A stretch of 64,000 nucleotides of DNA, taken from contig CABXFU010000002.1 of the NCBI GenBank assembly GCA_902511575.1, forward strand, positions 15,448 through 79,447. Direction: 5' to 3'. The translations under genes and the position numbers were made by a program. Under the pieces are notes generated by a model. It made no database searches. It was not told the DNA's origin and was given only the letters and a program-made list of their open reading frames with translations. This document shows positions 18,131 through 27,932 of this stretch, in pieces. This DNA is from an uncultured SAR86 cluster bacterium (lineage in GTDB: Bacteria > Pseudomonadota > Gammaproteobacteria > Magnimaribacterales > D2472). Every line of letters starts with the position of its first letter. The stretch's first letter is position 1.

Positions 18131-18535
18131 ATGACATCATCAAAGATAAACCTAAGCAAACCACCAAAATTTCTTTCTATTCTTGGCGCAAGTGATGTTA
18201 CTTTTGACGAAAAAAAAGAAACTATGACGATGCATTTTGATATAGGGGAAGAGCTGACTCACTCAGATGGCGCTTTTGTCCAAGGCGGTTTTATAACAGC
18301 TATGCTTGATACTTCAATGGCTCATCTTTTAATATTTAAAACTAATGGTGAATACAATCCTTTAACATTAAATATTAATGTTAATTTTTTAGCTCCAGGC
18401 ACTCCTGGCAAATTTATCTCATCAGCTACTATTAATAAGACTGGCAAAAGTATTTCTTTTACTTCTGCTGAACTACATCAAGGCGATAGATTGGTTGCAA
18501 CAGCTACAGCAACAAATAAATTTTTAAAACTATAA
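18131..18535 (+). CDS. hotdog-fold thioesterase (PaaI family)
   Basis: HSDGAFVQGGFITAMLDTSMA motif, 134 aa. Confidence 0.75.
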   Translation: MTSSKINLSKPPKFLSILGASDVTFDEKKETMTMHFDIGEELTHSDGAFVQGGFITAMLDTSMAHLLIFKTNGEYNPLTLNINVNFLAPGTPGKFISSATINKTGKSISFTSAELHQGDRLVATATATNKFLKL

Positions 18536-18539
18536 TCCA

Positions 18540-19646
18540 ATGACTAAAAAGAAACTTAGCCCATGGAATAATAATTTAAAATTTATACACAGCTTGAAGC
18601 CTGAAACAAATTTTAAATCTAATGACCATCCATCTAAACCCAATTACTTAAAGCGCTCAAACTGGGCAGCATTTCCCGGCATAGATGGATTTCAAAATTT
18701 GTCTCCTGATAATTCATTGTCTCTTGATGAAAAAGAATTCGATGTTTTTTTTATTCATCCAACAGGGTATTTTGAAAAAAATTGGAATTCACCAATTGAT
18801 CCGACAAGTGCAGCATTTGAGAGGACAGGCAGTCACCTAGCAACTCAAGCATCAGCATTTTCAGAAACCTGTAATGTTTATGCTCCATATTATCGTCAAG
18901 CTACTTATTTTTCATTTTTTAATACTGATTCAAACGATGGTTTTGATGCTCTTGATCTAGCTTATAAAGATTTGTCTGATGCTTTTAAAATTTTTTTACA
19001 AGAACACAACAATGGAAAACCTTTTTTTATTGCAGGTCATAGTCAAGGAGCGCTGCATGGACAAAGATTGATTAATGAATTTGTATCACAAAAAGATTCT
19101 TGTAAAAATTTTATTGCTGCATATTTAATTGGATACATTTTACCTACCAAGCACTTTGATGGGATGTACCCGGATATATCTATCTCTAAATCAAACATTG
19201 ATCAACAAGTGATTATTTCATGGTGTACTGGTATTGAGGGTTTTAGACGAAGCAGAGCAAAATCCTTATTTTGGACCCCTGATGGTTGGATGTTAGAGCC
19301 TATGGAGCAATCTCTTGTATGTCAAAATCCATTCTCATGGAATGATCATCTTGATTGGGTTGACGATCCAAACAATATATCCATTAGATTAAAATCGGAT
19401 AAGCTATCACTTGCGGACTATTACGCAACTAAAAACACTTATTCAAAACTATCCATTGAAGCTATTACTGGGCTTAGTTTTGAGGCGAGAATTTCTAATA
19501 CTTCCATGGTCGAAACCAGAGGCCCATTGATTGAAAAAATTAAAAGATTTGCCAATGAAGGCGATCTTCATAATTTTGATATATCTCTTTTTTGGGGCGC
19601 TATTAGAAAAAATGTTAAAGAAAGAGCAAATGCATATGCGTCATAA
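18540..19646 (+). CDS. DUF3089-like alpha/beta-hydrolase-fold protein (putative lipase/esterase)
   Basis: FFIHPTG, nucleophile elbow FIAGHSQGA. Starts 4 nt after the thioesterase. Confidence 0.65.
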   Translation: MTKKKLSPWNNNLKFIHSLKPETNFKSNDHPSKPNYLKRSNWAAFPGIDGFQNLSPDNSLSLDEKEFDVFFIHPTGYFEKNWNSPIDPTSAAFERTGSHLATQASAFSETCNVYAPYYRQATYFSFFNTDSNDGFDALDLAYKDLSDAFKIFLQEHNNGKPFFIAGHSQGALHGQRLINEFVSQKDSCKNFIAAYLIGYILPTKHFDGMYPDISISKSNIDQQVIISWCTGIEGFRRSRAKSLFWTPDGWMLEPMEQSLVCQNPFSWNDHLDWVDDPNNISIRLKSDKLSLADYYATKNTYSKLSIEAITGLSFEARISNTSMVETRGPLIEKIKRFANEGDLHNFDISLFWGAIRKNVKERANAYAS

Positions 19647-20580
19647 CATCCTATTATTGGTGGTATTAGTTTTTTCAATGAAGATCTTTTCTTTTGACGA
19701 GGGCTTCGCAGATAATAATTCAATTAATATTGCTTATAGAGACTATGGGCCAGTAAATGCTAAGCCAATTCTATTGGTAACCGGGCTTGGAGCTCAACTA
19801 ACCTTATGGCCAGAATTTTTAATTAAGGATTTACAAGCAAATAATTTTAGACCGATAGTATTTGATAATCGTGATGTTGGATTATCTACTCGTTTTACAT
19901 CCAAACCATCCCAAACATTAAATTATTTGAAATATTTTATGTTTATTCCAATCAATTCTGAATATACCATTCAAGATATGGCTTCTGATGGTATAGCTGT
20001 GCTTGATCATCTAAATATAGATGATGCGCATATTTTAGGAATGTCGATGGGGGGAATGATTGCTCAGGTTTTAGTTGCACAGCATCCGGAAAGAGCAAAA
20101 TCATTTATTATGATTTCTTCGACGGCTTCAACACCAAATCCATTTAACGGGCCAAAATTTAAGGTAACTCAACAGTTACTAAAAAGATCTGCAGCTAAAG
20201 ATGATATTGAAGGCAGAATTGATCAATCTATTAAACTATTCCAACTTATCGGTACGCCAGGTAAGAACTATGATACTCCTCAATTTCGAGAAAATATGCG
20301 TGCTTATATTGCAAGAGGAGGAGATGATGGAGGCTTCCTTCGACAGATGGCTGCAATTATTGGGTCAAAGAATAGAAAAGAGCTAATTCAATCAATTTAT
20401 ACTCCAACCTTAATTATTCACGGAGATATTGATCCCCTGATTAAGGTAAGAAATGCTTATTCAGCAAATAAGCTTATCCAATCTAGTGAGCTAGAGATTG
20501 TTTCAGGAATGGGCCATATGCTTGATGAGGAATCATATGCAAAATTCCAAAACCAATTTATTTTATTCCTAAATAAATAA
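19630..20580 (+). CDS. secreted alpha/beta hydrolase
   Basis: Signal peptide MHMRHNILLLVVLVFSMKIFS, LVTGLGAQ, nucleophile elbow GMSMGG, C-terminal GMGHM. The track start 19531 lies inside the upstream gene. Confidence 0.8.
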   Translation: MHMRHNILLLVVLVFSMKIFSFDEGFADNNSINIAYRDYGPVNAKPILLVTGLGAQLTLWPEFLIKDLQANNFRPIVFDNRDVGLSTRFTSKPSQTLNYLKYFMFIPINSEYTIQDMASDGIAVLDHLNIDDAHILGMSMGGMIAQVLVAQHPERAKSFIMISSTASTPNPFNGPKFKVTQQLLKRSAAKDDIEGRIDQSIKLFQLIGTPGKNYDTPQFRENMRAYIARGGDDGGFLRQMAAIIGSKNRKELIQSIYTPTLIIHGDIDPLIKVRNAYSANKLIQSSELEIVSGMGHMLDEESYAKFQNQFILFLNK

Positions 20581-20648
20581 TTTTCTCTCAGAGAAAAAAA
20601 TAATTTATTGGACCGTTTGTTTTAAAAATAGCTATACAATGTTGAACC

Positions 20649-22052
20649 ATGACAATCCAAGCTAAAGAAAAATTCTTTTACGCTTCCGGCAATATTGCAA
20701 ATGGAGTTAAGGCAGATGCTTTTACATTTTTCTTATTATTTTTTTATTCAAATGTAATTGGATTAACACCAGGATTAGCTAGCCTAGCAATTTTTATTGC
20801 ATTGATGATTGATGCATTTACTGATCCATTAATGGGCATTATTTCAGATAGAACTCAGCACCGGTTAGGTAGAAGGCATCCATACTTTCTTCTGGGAATG
20901 ATTCCAATGGGATTATCTTATTTTATGCTTTTTTCTATCCAATCGAGTTGGGGCCTTTCTCAGCAGCAGTTGTTTTTATGGATGTTGACCTTCACAGTTT
21001 TAACCAGAATTGGCATGACAATGTTTGATGTCCCTCATCGATCATTGGGAAGCGAGATGTCTAGATCCTATACAGAAAGAACGTCTATATTTGCTGCAAG
21101 AGAGATGATGGGGTGGGGCGGAGGTCTTTTTAATGCATTCTTAGCTTACACGGTCTTTTTTAAAGATACTCCTGAATATATACCGGGAACTCAAAATCCA
21201 GAGCCATGGGTATATTATGGGATGACTGGGGCATTCTTGATGTGTGGTGCTGTGTTGATTACCTATTTCGGTACATTGAAATATCGTGATAACTCTTATA
21301 AGGATGTATCCTCTTTTGACTTAAAATTAATATTTACTCAAATTTACATAGCTCTTAAGAATAAATCCTTTTTAATTTTTTTCTTTGGTTATTTATTTAT
21401 TGCTATTAGCTGGGGTTTGAACAGTTCTCTTCAAATATATATGAATACTTATTTTTGGGAATTTAAATCTATCATGATCGCTTCATTTTTAGGTATCTAT
21501 GTTCTCTCCACATTCACAGCTTTTATATTAATTCCAAGATTAGTTTTATACATTGAAAAAAGGGCTATTCTTTTGTTTGCTATTGCTTTTGCAGCATTGG
21601 TGCCCCCAATACCGATTATTCTATTCATCAATGGCATGCTTCCACAGTCTGGTTCTTGGAATCTATTTTATTCTCTTGTTCCTTTTATATACATTGCGAA
21701 TACTTGTTTATCATCAAGCGCAATCATAAGAGAATCTATGCTAGGTGATATAAGCGATGAGGTTGAGTTAGATAGCAAAATTGGTCAGCAAGGCTTAATG
21801 TTTGCTTCAAGCTCATTAATAGGTAAATTAAATACAGGATTTGGAATTTTAGTTGCTGGTATTGCTCTTGAGCTTATTGGTTTTCCCCAAGGCTCGGAAG
21901 TGTCCCCTAATGCAGATCAGATATTTAGCTTGGCTATGGTTCAGGGTCCCTTGGTAGCTGTTTTGATGATTATTCCCTTTGGCATTTTTTTACTATACAA
22001 GATTAATCGAAAAAGACATGAGTACATTATTTCCCAGCTAGAGCTTAGATAA
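20649..22052 (+). CDS. GPH-family (MelB/MFSD2-like) cation symporter
   Basis: FYASGNIANG...DAFTDPLMGIISDRT.HRLGRRHPY, the classic glycoside-pentoside-hexuronide N-terminal signature. About 12 TM segments. Confidence 0.8.
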   Translation: MTIQAKEKFFYASGNIANGVKADAFTFFLLFFYSNVIGLTPGLASLAIFIALMIDAFTDPLMGIISDRTQHRLGRRHPYFLLGMIPMGLSYFMLFSIQSSWGLSQQQLFLWMLTFTVLTRIGMTMFDVPHRSLGSEMSRSYTERTSIFAAREMMGWGGGLFNAFLAYTVFFKDTPEYIPGTQNPEPWVYYGMTGAFLMCGAVLITYFGTLKYRDNSYKDVSSFDLKLIFTQIYIALKNKSFLIFFFGYLFIAISWGLNSSLQIYMNTYFWEFKSIMIASFLGIYVLSTFTAFILIPRLVLYIEKRAILLFAIAFAALVPPIPIILFINGMLPQSGSWNLFYSLVPFIYIANTCLSSSAIIRESMLGDISDEVELDSKIGQQGLMFASSSLIGKLNTGFGILVAGIALELIGFPQGSEVSPNADQIFSLAMVQGPLVAVLMIIPFGIFLLYKINRKRHEYIISQLELR

Positions 22053-22077
22053 TGTTCAGCTAATGTATAATTAAGCT

Positions 22078-22680
22078 ATGTATATAAATACCAAAAATTC
22101 GCCCAAACGAACAAAGAAAAAAGATTTAATTCTTGATTCTGCTATTTCTATTTTTTCTCAACATGGGTATCACAACACCAAGCTTGAGCAAATCACCAAA
22201 TCATTAGATTTAACTGATAAATCTATTTATTACTATTTTAGTAGCAAGGGTGATTTATTTCTGGAAGTCATCCTTTCTATCCAGACTAAGCTTGATAAAT
22301 TAATTGAATCTATCAATAAAATAGATGACAACCATCTGATGAAGATAAAAACTTATACAAATAAAGCAATGACTATAAATGGATTAACGCTATTGATGTC
22401 ATTACCAAAATCATTATCTGAATTCGCAAAATACGACGTTATAAAAGTCAATGAGGCCAATCAATATAAAATGTGGACAAATTGGTTTAAAAAAGGCCAA
22501 GCTGATGGTTCGATGATTCACGGAAATCCAGAGGAGTATCGTAACTTTCTTTTTGGATCTTTGTTTTATTTGCATCAATGGTATGCGATAAAAGATAACG
22601 AGTCATATGCTCACATCCAACCATTTATTGAAAAAATGATTGATAGGATGTATTCAACACAACTTCAGAGACTCCAGTGA
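22078..22680 (+). CDS. TetR-family transcriptional regulator
   Basis: N-terminal HTH ILDSAISIFSQHGYHNTKLEQITKSLDLTDKSIYYYFSSKGDLF. Confidence 0.8.
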   Translation: MYINTKNSPKRTKKKDLILDSAISIFSQHGYHNTKLEQITKSLDLTDKSIYYYFSSKGDLFLEVILSIQTKLDKLIESINKIDDNHLMKIKTYTNKAMTINGLTLLMSLPKSLSEFAKYDVIKVNEANQYKMWTNWFKKGQADGSMIHGNPEEYRNFLFGSLFYLHQWYAIKDNESYAHIQPFIEKMIDRMYSTQLQRLQ

Positions 22681-22922
22681 AAGCCCCTCATATAATTACT
22701 TTAATTCTTTGGGCATTCGGAATAGTAAATTTATTTGAACCATTTAATGGATGGATTTTTTATGCAGCATCTGGAATTTTTTATTTGCTACTTGTTGCTC
22801 ATTTAGTTGAATGTGTTGTCTATAGAAATAAAATATTTAAATCGAATGATTCTCCTTTTGTAGCTTTCTCAATGACTTTGATATTTGGAGTTATCTATCT
22901 CGGCTCAATTCAGGAGTCTTAA
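22677..22922 (+). CDS. small membrane protein (DUF1145-like?)
   Basis: 81 aa with 2-3 hydrophobic helices. The GTG start overlaps the TetR stop (GTGA). Confidence 0.5.
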   Translation: MKAPHIITLILWAFGIVNLFEPFNGWIFYAASGIFYLLLVAHLVECVVYRNKIFKSNDSPFVAFSMTLIFGVIYLGSIQES

Positions 22923-22925
22923 TAT

Positions 22926-24287
22926 TTGGAAGTATTAGATGAGGGAGCAAAAATCCCAAGGGGCTCAATGGGCGTATGGACGCTTGCTTGGCCTTCTATC
23001 ATTACTAATTTATTTTATGCAACAAGTTCAATTGTTGCGATAAAAGTTGTTGGCAATCTGGGACCTGATGCCATTGCTGCAGCTGTAACAGGCCAAAGAG
23101 TTACATTTATTTTGCAAGCTGTACTCACAGGAGTCTTAGCTGGTTCGACCGCACTTATAGCTAGAAATTGGGGAGCTAATGATCGATTAGAGGCTGGAGT
23201 TTTTTTTACCAGAACTGTGCAATTGGTTCTAGTATTATCATTAATATCTTCTGTCTGTGTTTGGCAATTTTCAGAGCCGCTAGTAAGATTTTTTGGGCTT
23301 AAAGATCAAGCTCTTATACTATCTATTGAGTACCTAAAAGCTATATCTCCTTTCTATATTGCCTTTGGTTGTGGAATGGGCTTAATCACAGCTCTTAGGG
23401 CAGTTGGTGATGTAAAGACTCCATTAGTCATTGGCTTAATCATGAATTTATTCGCAATATTTTTTATGTTAGTTTTTGTTAATGGTTGGCTAGGATTTCC
23501 TCAGTATGGAGTTGTTGGTGCAGCTTTTGGAAATGGTGTATCTTTTGTTATAGGCGCATCATTACTAATTGTATTTTGGTTATCAAATCAATTGCCTGTT
23601 CGTTATTTTTCTATATTTAGCTTCGACAAAATTAGGGTAAAAGAAATATTTCAGGTTGGACTACCAGCAGCGCTTGAGCAGGTAATTTTTCAAATTGGTA
23701 TCACAGCGTTTCTTATATTGGTTGCTTATTATGGAACTGAAGCTTATGCAGCTTATGGAATAGGAGTTCAAATATTGTCCTTTTCATTTGTAATTGGATT
23801 TGGTTTCTCAATTGCTGGAGCTACTCTCGTTGGGCAGCATTTGGGAGCTCAGAACAAAGATCAGGCAAAACGAGCCGGTTGGGGTGCCATGAGATTGTCA
23901 ATTATTTCGATGACATTTTTTGGCGTCCTTATAACTGTGTTTGCTGAATCTTTAGCTAGATACATGATTGATAATGATGAAGTAGTTCGCTTAACTGTAA
24001 TTTTTATTTGGTTGCTTGGATCAATGCAACCATTGATGGCCATTGAATTCTCTCTTGGTGGAGCTTTAAGAGGTGCTGGGGATACTAAAACCCCACTAGC
24101 TATTACATTGACGTGTTTGCTCTTTATTAGGGTTTTTCTTGCAGTAATTTTCTTTTTGCTTGACGCAAGGATTGAAATTATATTTTCAACACTGGTTGCA
24201 GATTACATTGTAAAGGGATTTTTGTATGTTGCTAGATTTAGATCTGATAGATGGATGAATGCAATAAAATCTAAGGAAGCTGGTTAG
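22926..24287 (+). CDS. MATE-family efflux transporter (NorM-like)
   Basis: 12-TM protein with duplicated MATE halves (AWPSIITNLF..., QVGLPAALEQV...). TTG start 9 nt after CAGGAG. Confidence 0.85.
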   Translation: MEVLDEGAKIPRGSMGVWTLAWPSIITNLFYATSSIVAIKVVGNLGPDAIAAAVTGQRVTFILQAVLTGVLAGSTALIARNWGANDRLEAGVFFTRTVQLVLVLSLISSVCVWQFSEPLVRFFGLKDQALILSIEYLKAISPFYIAFGCGMGLITALRAVGDVKTPLVIGLIMNLFAIFFMLVFVNGWLGFPQYGVVGAAFGNGVSFVIGASLLIVFWLSNQLPVRYFSIFSFDKIRVKEIFQVGLPAALEQVIFQIGITAFLILVAYYGTEAYAAYGIGVQILSFSFVIGFGFSIAGATLVGQHLGAQNKDQAKRAGWGAMRLSIISMTFFGVLITVFAESLARYMIDNDEVVRLTVIFIWLLGSMQPLMAIEFSLGGALRGAGDTKTPLAITLTCLLFIRVFLAVIFFLLDARIEIIFSTLVADYIVKGFLYVARFRSDRWMNAIKSKEAG

Positions 24288-25701
24288 CTAACTTCTGTAT
24301 TGCCTCACACATTCTTTTCCAAAGTTTGGTTTCAGCAGCACTAATTTTTTTTGATTTTAAGTTATTAATAAATGCTATTAGTAAATCTTTAATCTCATCA
24401 TTTGTATTTTTTATACCAGAGAATTTTTCTTGAAGCATTTGTAGTGCTAATTTTTGCTTAATTATCTTTTCAGTATCAGGTGGCTCTATTTTTGCTATTA
24501 ACTCAAGTTTGACTGTGCATTCTTGAAGCTTATCTTTGTTGCCAGTATAAAGTGGTTTTTTTAAAGCTTTAAATATCTCATTATGAATAGACAAATGATT
24601 TTCATCTGCTGTCTCCAGAAGGGTTAATAAGTCTTGGTAGACCTTAATCTTATCTGCATTAATTTTATCAATTTTTTTATTTTCATAGGCTTTGATAGCT
24701 TTTTGAAGATTGCTAAACTCAGGAGATTTTCTAGTTTTATTAAGCTCAGAAACACTGTTTTTAATATCTTTAATCGAACAGTCTTCTGATTGAAGTTCAG
24801 CAGTTAGGTCTTTGATCACTTCAAGTTCATTGTTTATTATTGCTTTATCAGCTTCAAAAAATCGATCGGCAGCTTGATTTAATTTTTTCCATAATATGGG
24901 CTCATTTTTTTTGCCAGCAGGCCCAGCATCTTGATAATCACGTTTAATTTTTTTAAATTTTTGAATACAAGCCTGAGTATCTTCATCATTGATTAATTTA
25001 ACTTTTTCAATCAATGATTCCTTGATTTTATGGTTTTTATTCTCCTGATCGTTAATTGCATTATTAATAGGTTTTCTTGCATCTTGATAAGCGGTCTTGA
25101 GTTTTGAAAAATCCTCATCAAGAACTGGAGCATAGCTTTGCCATGTTTGAAAAGTTTTGCTTAGAAATTTGCTCATCTCAATTAATCCTGGCCATTTATC
25201 GGAATTATCATTGCTATATTGAATGAGAGTTTGAATTATCTTTTCTCTTTCCTGAGCATTAGAGATTTTTATATTTTTTAATTCCTCATAATATTGAGCA
25301 CAAGGCTCCCAAGCTTTGTCTGTTAGCTTCTTAAAAGTGATCCACTGTTCTCGTCCAGCAGGCTTGGATGTTTGGTCTAGTAATTGCCACTTCGTTTGAA
25401 GTCCGTGAATTTCATTTGCTTGTTTTTTTGGATTCTCATGGGGTTCAGCTATTAAGGCTTCAATTTCTTTAATAATTTCATTTCTTTTTGGGTTTGTTGC
25501 AAAAGATGAAATATCATTAAAGTATCTAGACTGAGCAGACATAAAGTTAAATCTATGTCTAAGTTTATTTGATACCTTGCCCTCAGCTTTCATAGTTCTT
25601 GAGACTTCATTCACAAGTTTTTGAGCCAAACGAATTTCTCCAGCTTCAAAATGCTTTTCAGCTTTGTCTAGTGATTCAAATAAAATTTTATGAGTTTCCA
25701 C
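24271..25701 (-). CDS. DUF349 repeat protein
   Basis: All-helical, K/E-rich, with repeated W..(L/F)...a..F units (QWITFKKLTDKAWEPC, ILWKKLNQAADRFFEA). GTG start. Confidence 0.6.
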   Translation of the reverse strand: METHKILFESLDKAEKHFEAGEIRLAQKLVNEVSRTMKAEGKVSNKLRHRFNFMSAQSRYFNDISSFATNPKRNEIIKEIEALIAEPHENPKKQANEIHGLQTKWQLLDQTSKPAGREQWITFKKLTDKAWEPCAQYYEELKNIKISNAQEREKIIQTLIQYSNDNSDKWPGLIEMSKFLSKTFQTWQSYAPVLDEDFSKLKTAYQDARKPINNAINDQENKNHKIKESLIEKVKLINDEDTQACIQKFKKIKRDYQDAGPAGKKNEPILWKKLNQAADRFFEADKAIINNELEVIKDLTAELQSEDCSIKDIKNSVSELNKTRKSPEFSNLQKAIKAYENKKIDKINADKIKVYQDLLTLLETADENHLSIHNEIFKALKKPLYTGNKDKLQECTVKLELIAKIEPPDTEKIIKQKLALQMLQEKFSGIKNTNDEIKDLLIAFINNLKSKKISAAETKLWKRMCEAIQKLANQLP

Positions 25702-25735
25702 AATAGTTTCTTTTGATGTTTATAATTATCTCTAA

Positions 25736-26734
25736 ATGAGAAAAAGAATTTTAACAGGAATTACAACAACTGGTACTCCTCACATTGGAAATTATTTAGG
25801 CGCCATCAAACCCGCGCTTGAATTAGTTGCTCCTGATAATGACTCATATTTTTTTCTTGCTGACTATCATGCATTAATAAAACAAACAGATCCCAAAGAA
25901 ATTGAAGCAAGTGTTAAAAATGTTGCATTAGCATGGCTATCATCTGGCTTAAACCCAGAACAGTCTCATTTTTATAGACAATCTGATATTCCTGAAGTGC
26001 ATGAACTAACTTGGATATTAAATTGCAGCGCAGCTAAGGGCTTGTTGAATCGAGCTCATGCCTATAAAGCTATTGTTGCTGAAAACATTGAGTCTGGTGG
26101 CGATGAGGATAAGGCTATAAATATGGGCCTTTTTTCATATCCAGTTTTGATGGCTGCTGACATATTAATTTTTAATGCAACTCATGTTCCTGTTGGCCCA
26201 GATCAAGCTCAACACATGGAGATGACTCGAGATATTGCAGGTAAATTTAATCACACTTACTCAAACGTACTAACACTTCCTGAGGCAATTATACAAAGTG
26301 AAATATCAGTACCAGGAACTGATGGTAGAAAAATGAGTAAGTCATATAACAACATCATTCCCTTTTTATCAACAGAGAAAGCTTTGCAAAAATCTATTGC
26401 AAAGATTATTACAAACTCATTAGAACCAGGCGAACCTAAAGATCATAAGAACTGTACTCTTTTTCAACTATATTCTTTGTTCGCTAATGCTGAGGAGATC
26501 AATAATATGAAGCTATCATACAAAGATGGAATTGGCTGGGGAGATGTTAAGAAAGATTTATTCACTGCTATCAATAATGAAATAGTCCCTATAAGAGAAA
26601 AATATCACGCATTAAAAGAACAACCAGATCTATTGAATGATTTATTTTCTGACGGAGCTCGGAAAGTTCAACCTCAAGCTCAAGAGCTTGTGGGTAAATT
26701 ACGTGAGCTTGTAGGCATCTCAAAAATTGTCTAA
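25736..26734 (+). CDS. trpS: tryptophan--tRNA ligase
   Basis: Class I motifs TGTPHIGNYLGA (HIGH) and KMSKS. Length is 332 aa. Confidence 0.95.
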   Translation: MRKRILTGITTTGTPHIGNYLGAIKPALELVAPDNDSYFFLADYHALIKQTDPKEIEASVKNVALAWLSSGLNPEQSHFYRQSDIPEVHELTWILNCSAAKGLLNRAHAYKAIVAENIESGGDEDKAINMGLFSYPVLMAADILIFNATHVPVGPDQAQHMEMTRDIAGKFNHTYSNVLTLPEAIIQSEISVPGTDGRKMSKSYNNIIPFLSTEKALQKSIAKIITNSLEPGEPKDHKNCTLFQLYSLFANAEEINNMKLSYKDGIGWGDVKKDLFTAINNEIVPIREKYHALKEQPDLLNDLFSDGARKVQPQAQELVGKLRELVGISKIV

Positions 26735-27932
26735 CCCCACAGCTTGGTTAAAATTTGGTTTATTTGCAGTAGGACTGGGTCAATCTTTTGCTTTTGTTTT
26801 GGTGCCTCCATTAGCAAGAGACTTAGGTTTATCTGTCATCGAAACATCAACAATCTTTTCAATCTCTGCAGTTGCTTGGGCTATAACTAGCGCGTCATGG
26901 GGTAGAGCTTCTGATAAGTATGGACGACGTAACATAGCAGTTATAGGTCTTGTAGGTTACTCAGTTTCAATTATTGCGTTAATCACCCCTTTATTTCTTG
27001 TTGAGCAGAAGATTTTAGATCTGGTCTATCTTTTGCCTCTACTAATATTGGGTCGATTGATTAATGGCTTAATTGGCTCGGCAACAAGACCTGCTGCTTT
27101 TGCTTACATGGCAGATATCTCAGATAGATCAAAGCGAACAAAAAAATTTGCAAGACTTGAATCTAGTTTTTTAATTGGAACAATTATGGGACCAATGCTG
27201 GGAGGTTTTTTATTTCTATATTCAAAGAGCTTGCCTTTTTATGCTTTTGCTTGCTGCGGTTTTATTGCATCCATAGGTATTTATATTAGCTTTCCAAAAC
27301 ACATTATTCCTAAAGAAAAAGTTGAAAAGGTGATTACAAAATTATCATATAAAGATAAGTCTGTATGGCCATTTTTATTTATTGCTGCATTATCATCGCT
27401 TTGCCAAGCATCTTTACTGCAATCCATAGGGTTCTTTATAACTGATGTATTTTCGGATGAAAAAGATTTACCGTTGGTTATTAGCTTAACTTTCGTTGTG
27501 TTGTCTATATCAACGGTTGTAAGTCAATATATTTTTACTGATCTAAAACCCATAGCTAATAATAAGCTACTAATATACGGCACTTTTTTAATTACAATTT
27601 CATATATTATGGCAGCTTTATCATCATCGATTGCTGTATTTTATTTAGCTATGATGATTAATGGCTTTGGCAGCGGTATGTTTAGACCTGCAAATGCTTC
27701 CTCTTTATCTTTAGCCCAAACTCCAGATAATCAAGGCAAAGCTGCTGGATACTTAGGTTCTGTTATGCCAATAGGGCACGTTTTGACACCGATAGTGGCA
27801 ATGCCTATCTATCAGCTTGGACCAGACTATCTATATTTTTTTAGCGCTTCTCTGTGCTTTATTTCCTTATTATTTATAATAGGGCATCCATTATTAAGAG
27901 ATCATGAACAAGCCAGCGTTATTACTAATTAA
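26727..27932 (+). CDS. MFS transporter
   Basis: 12 TM segments, motif A GRASDKYGRRN. TTG start overlaps the trpS end by 8 nt. Confidence 0.8.
   Translation: MSNPTAWLKFGLFAVGLGQSFAFVLVPPLARDLGLSVIETSTIFSISAVAWAITSASWGRASDKYGRRNIAVIGLVGYSVSIIALITPLFLVEQKILDLVYLLPLLILGRLINGLIGSATRPAAFAYMADISDRSKRTKKFARLESSFLIGTIMGPMLGGFLFLYSKSLPFYAFACCGFIASIGIYISFPKHIIPKEKVEKVITKLSYKDKSVWPFLFIAALSSLCQASLLQSIGFFITDVFSDEKDLPLVISLTFVVLSISTVVSQYIFTDLKPIANNKLLIYGTFLITISYIMAALSSSIAVFYLAMMINGFGSGMFRPANASSLSLAQTPDNQGKAAGYLGSVMPIGHVLTPIVAMPIYQLGPDYLYFFSASLCFISLLFIIGHPLLRDHEQASVITN

Noticed and set aside
19531-19629. Upstream extension of the alpha/beta hydrolase ORF
   Set aside because: It lies entirely within the DUF3089 gene in another frame. 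A good signal peptide begins at ATG 19630/19636.
20581-20600. Hairpin TTTTCTC-tca-GAGAAAA just after the hydrolase stop as a terminator
   Set aside because: The stem is AT-rich and only 7 bp long. It is followed by an A-run rather than a U-tract in the sense direction, which is too weak to call.
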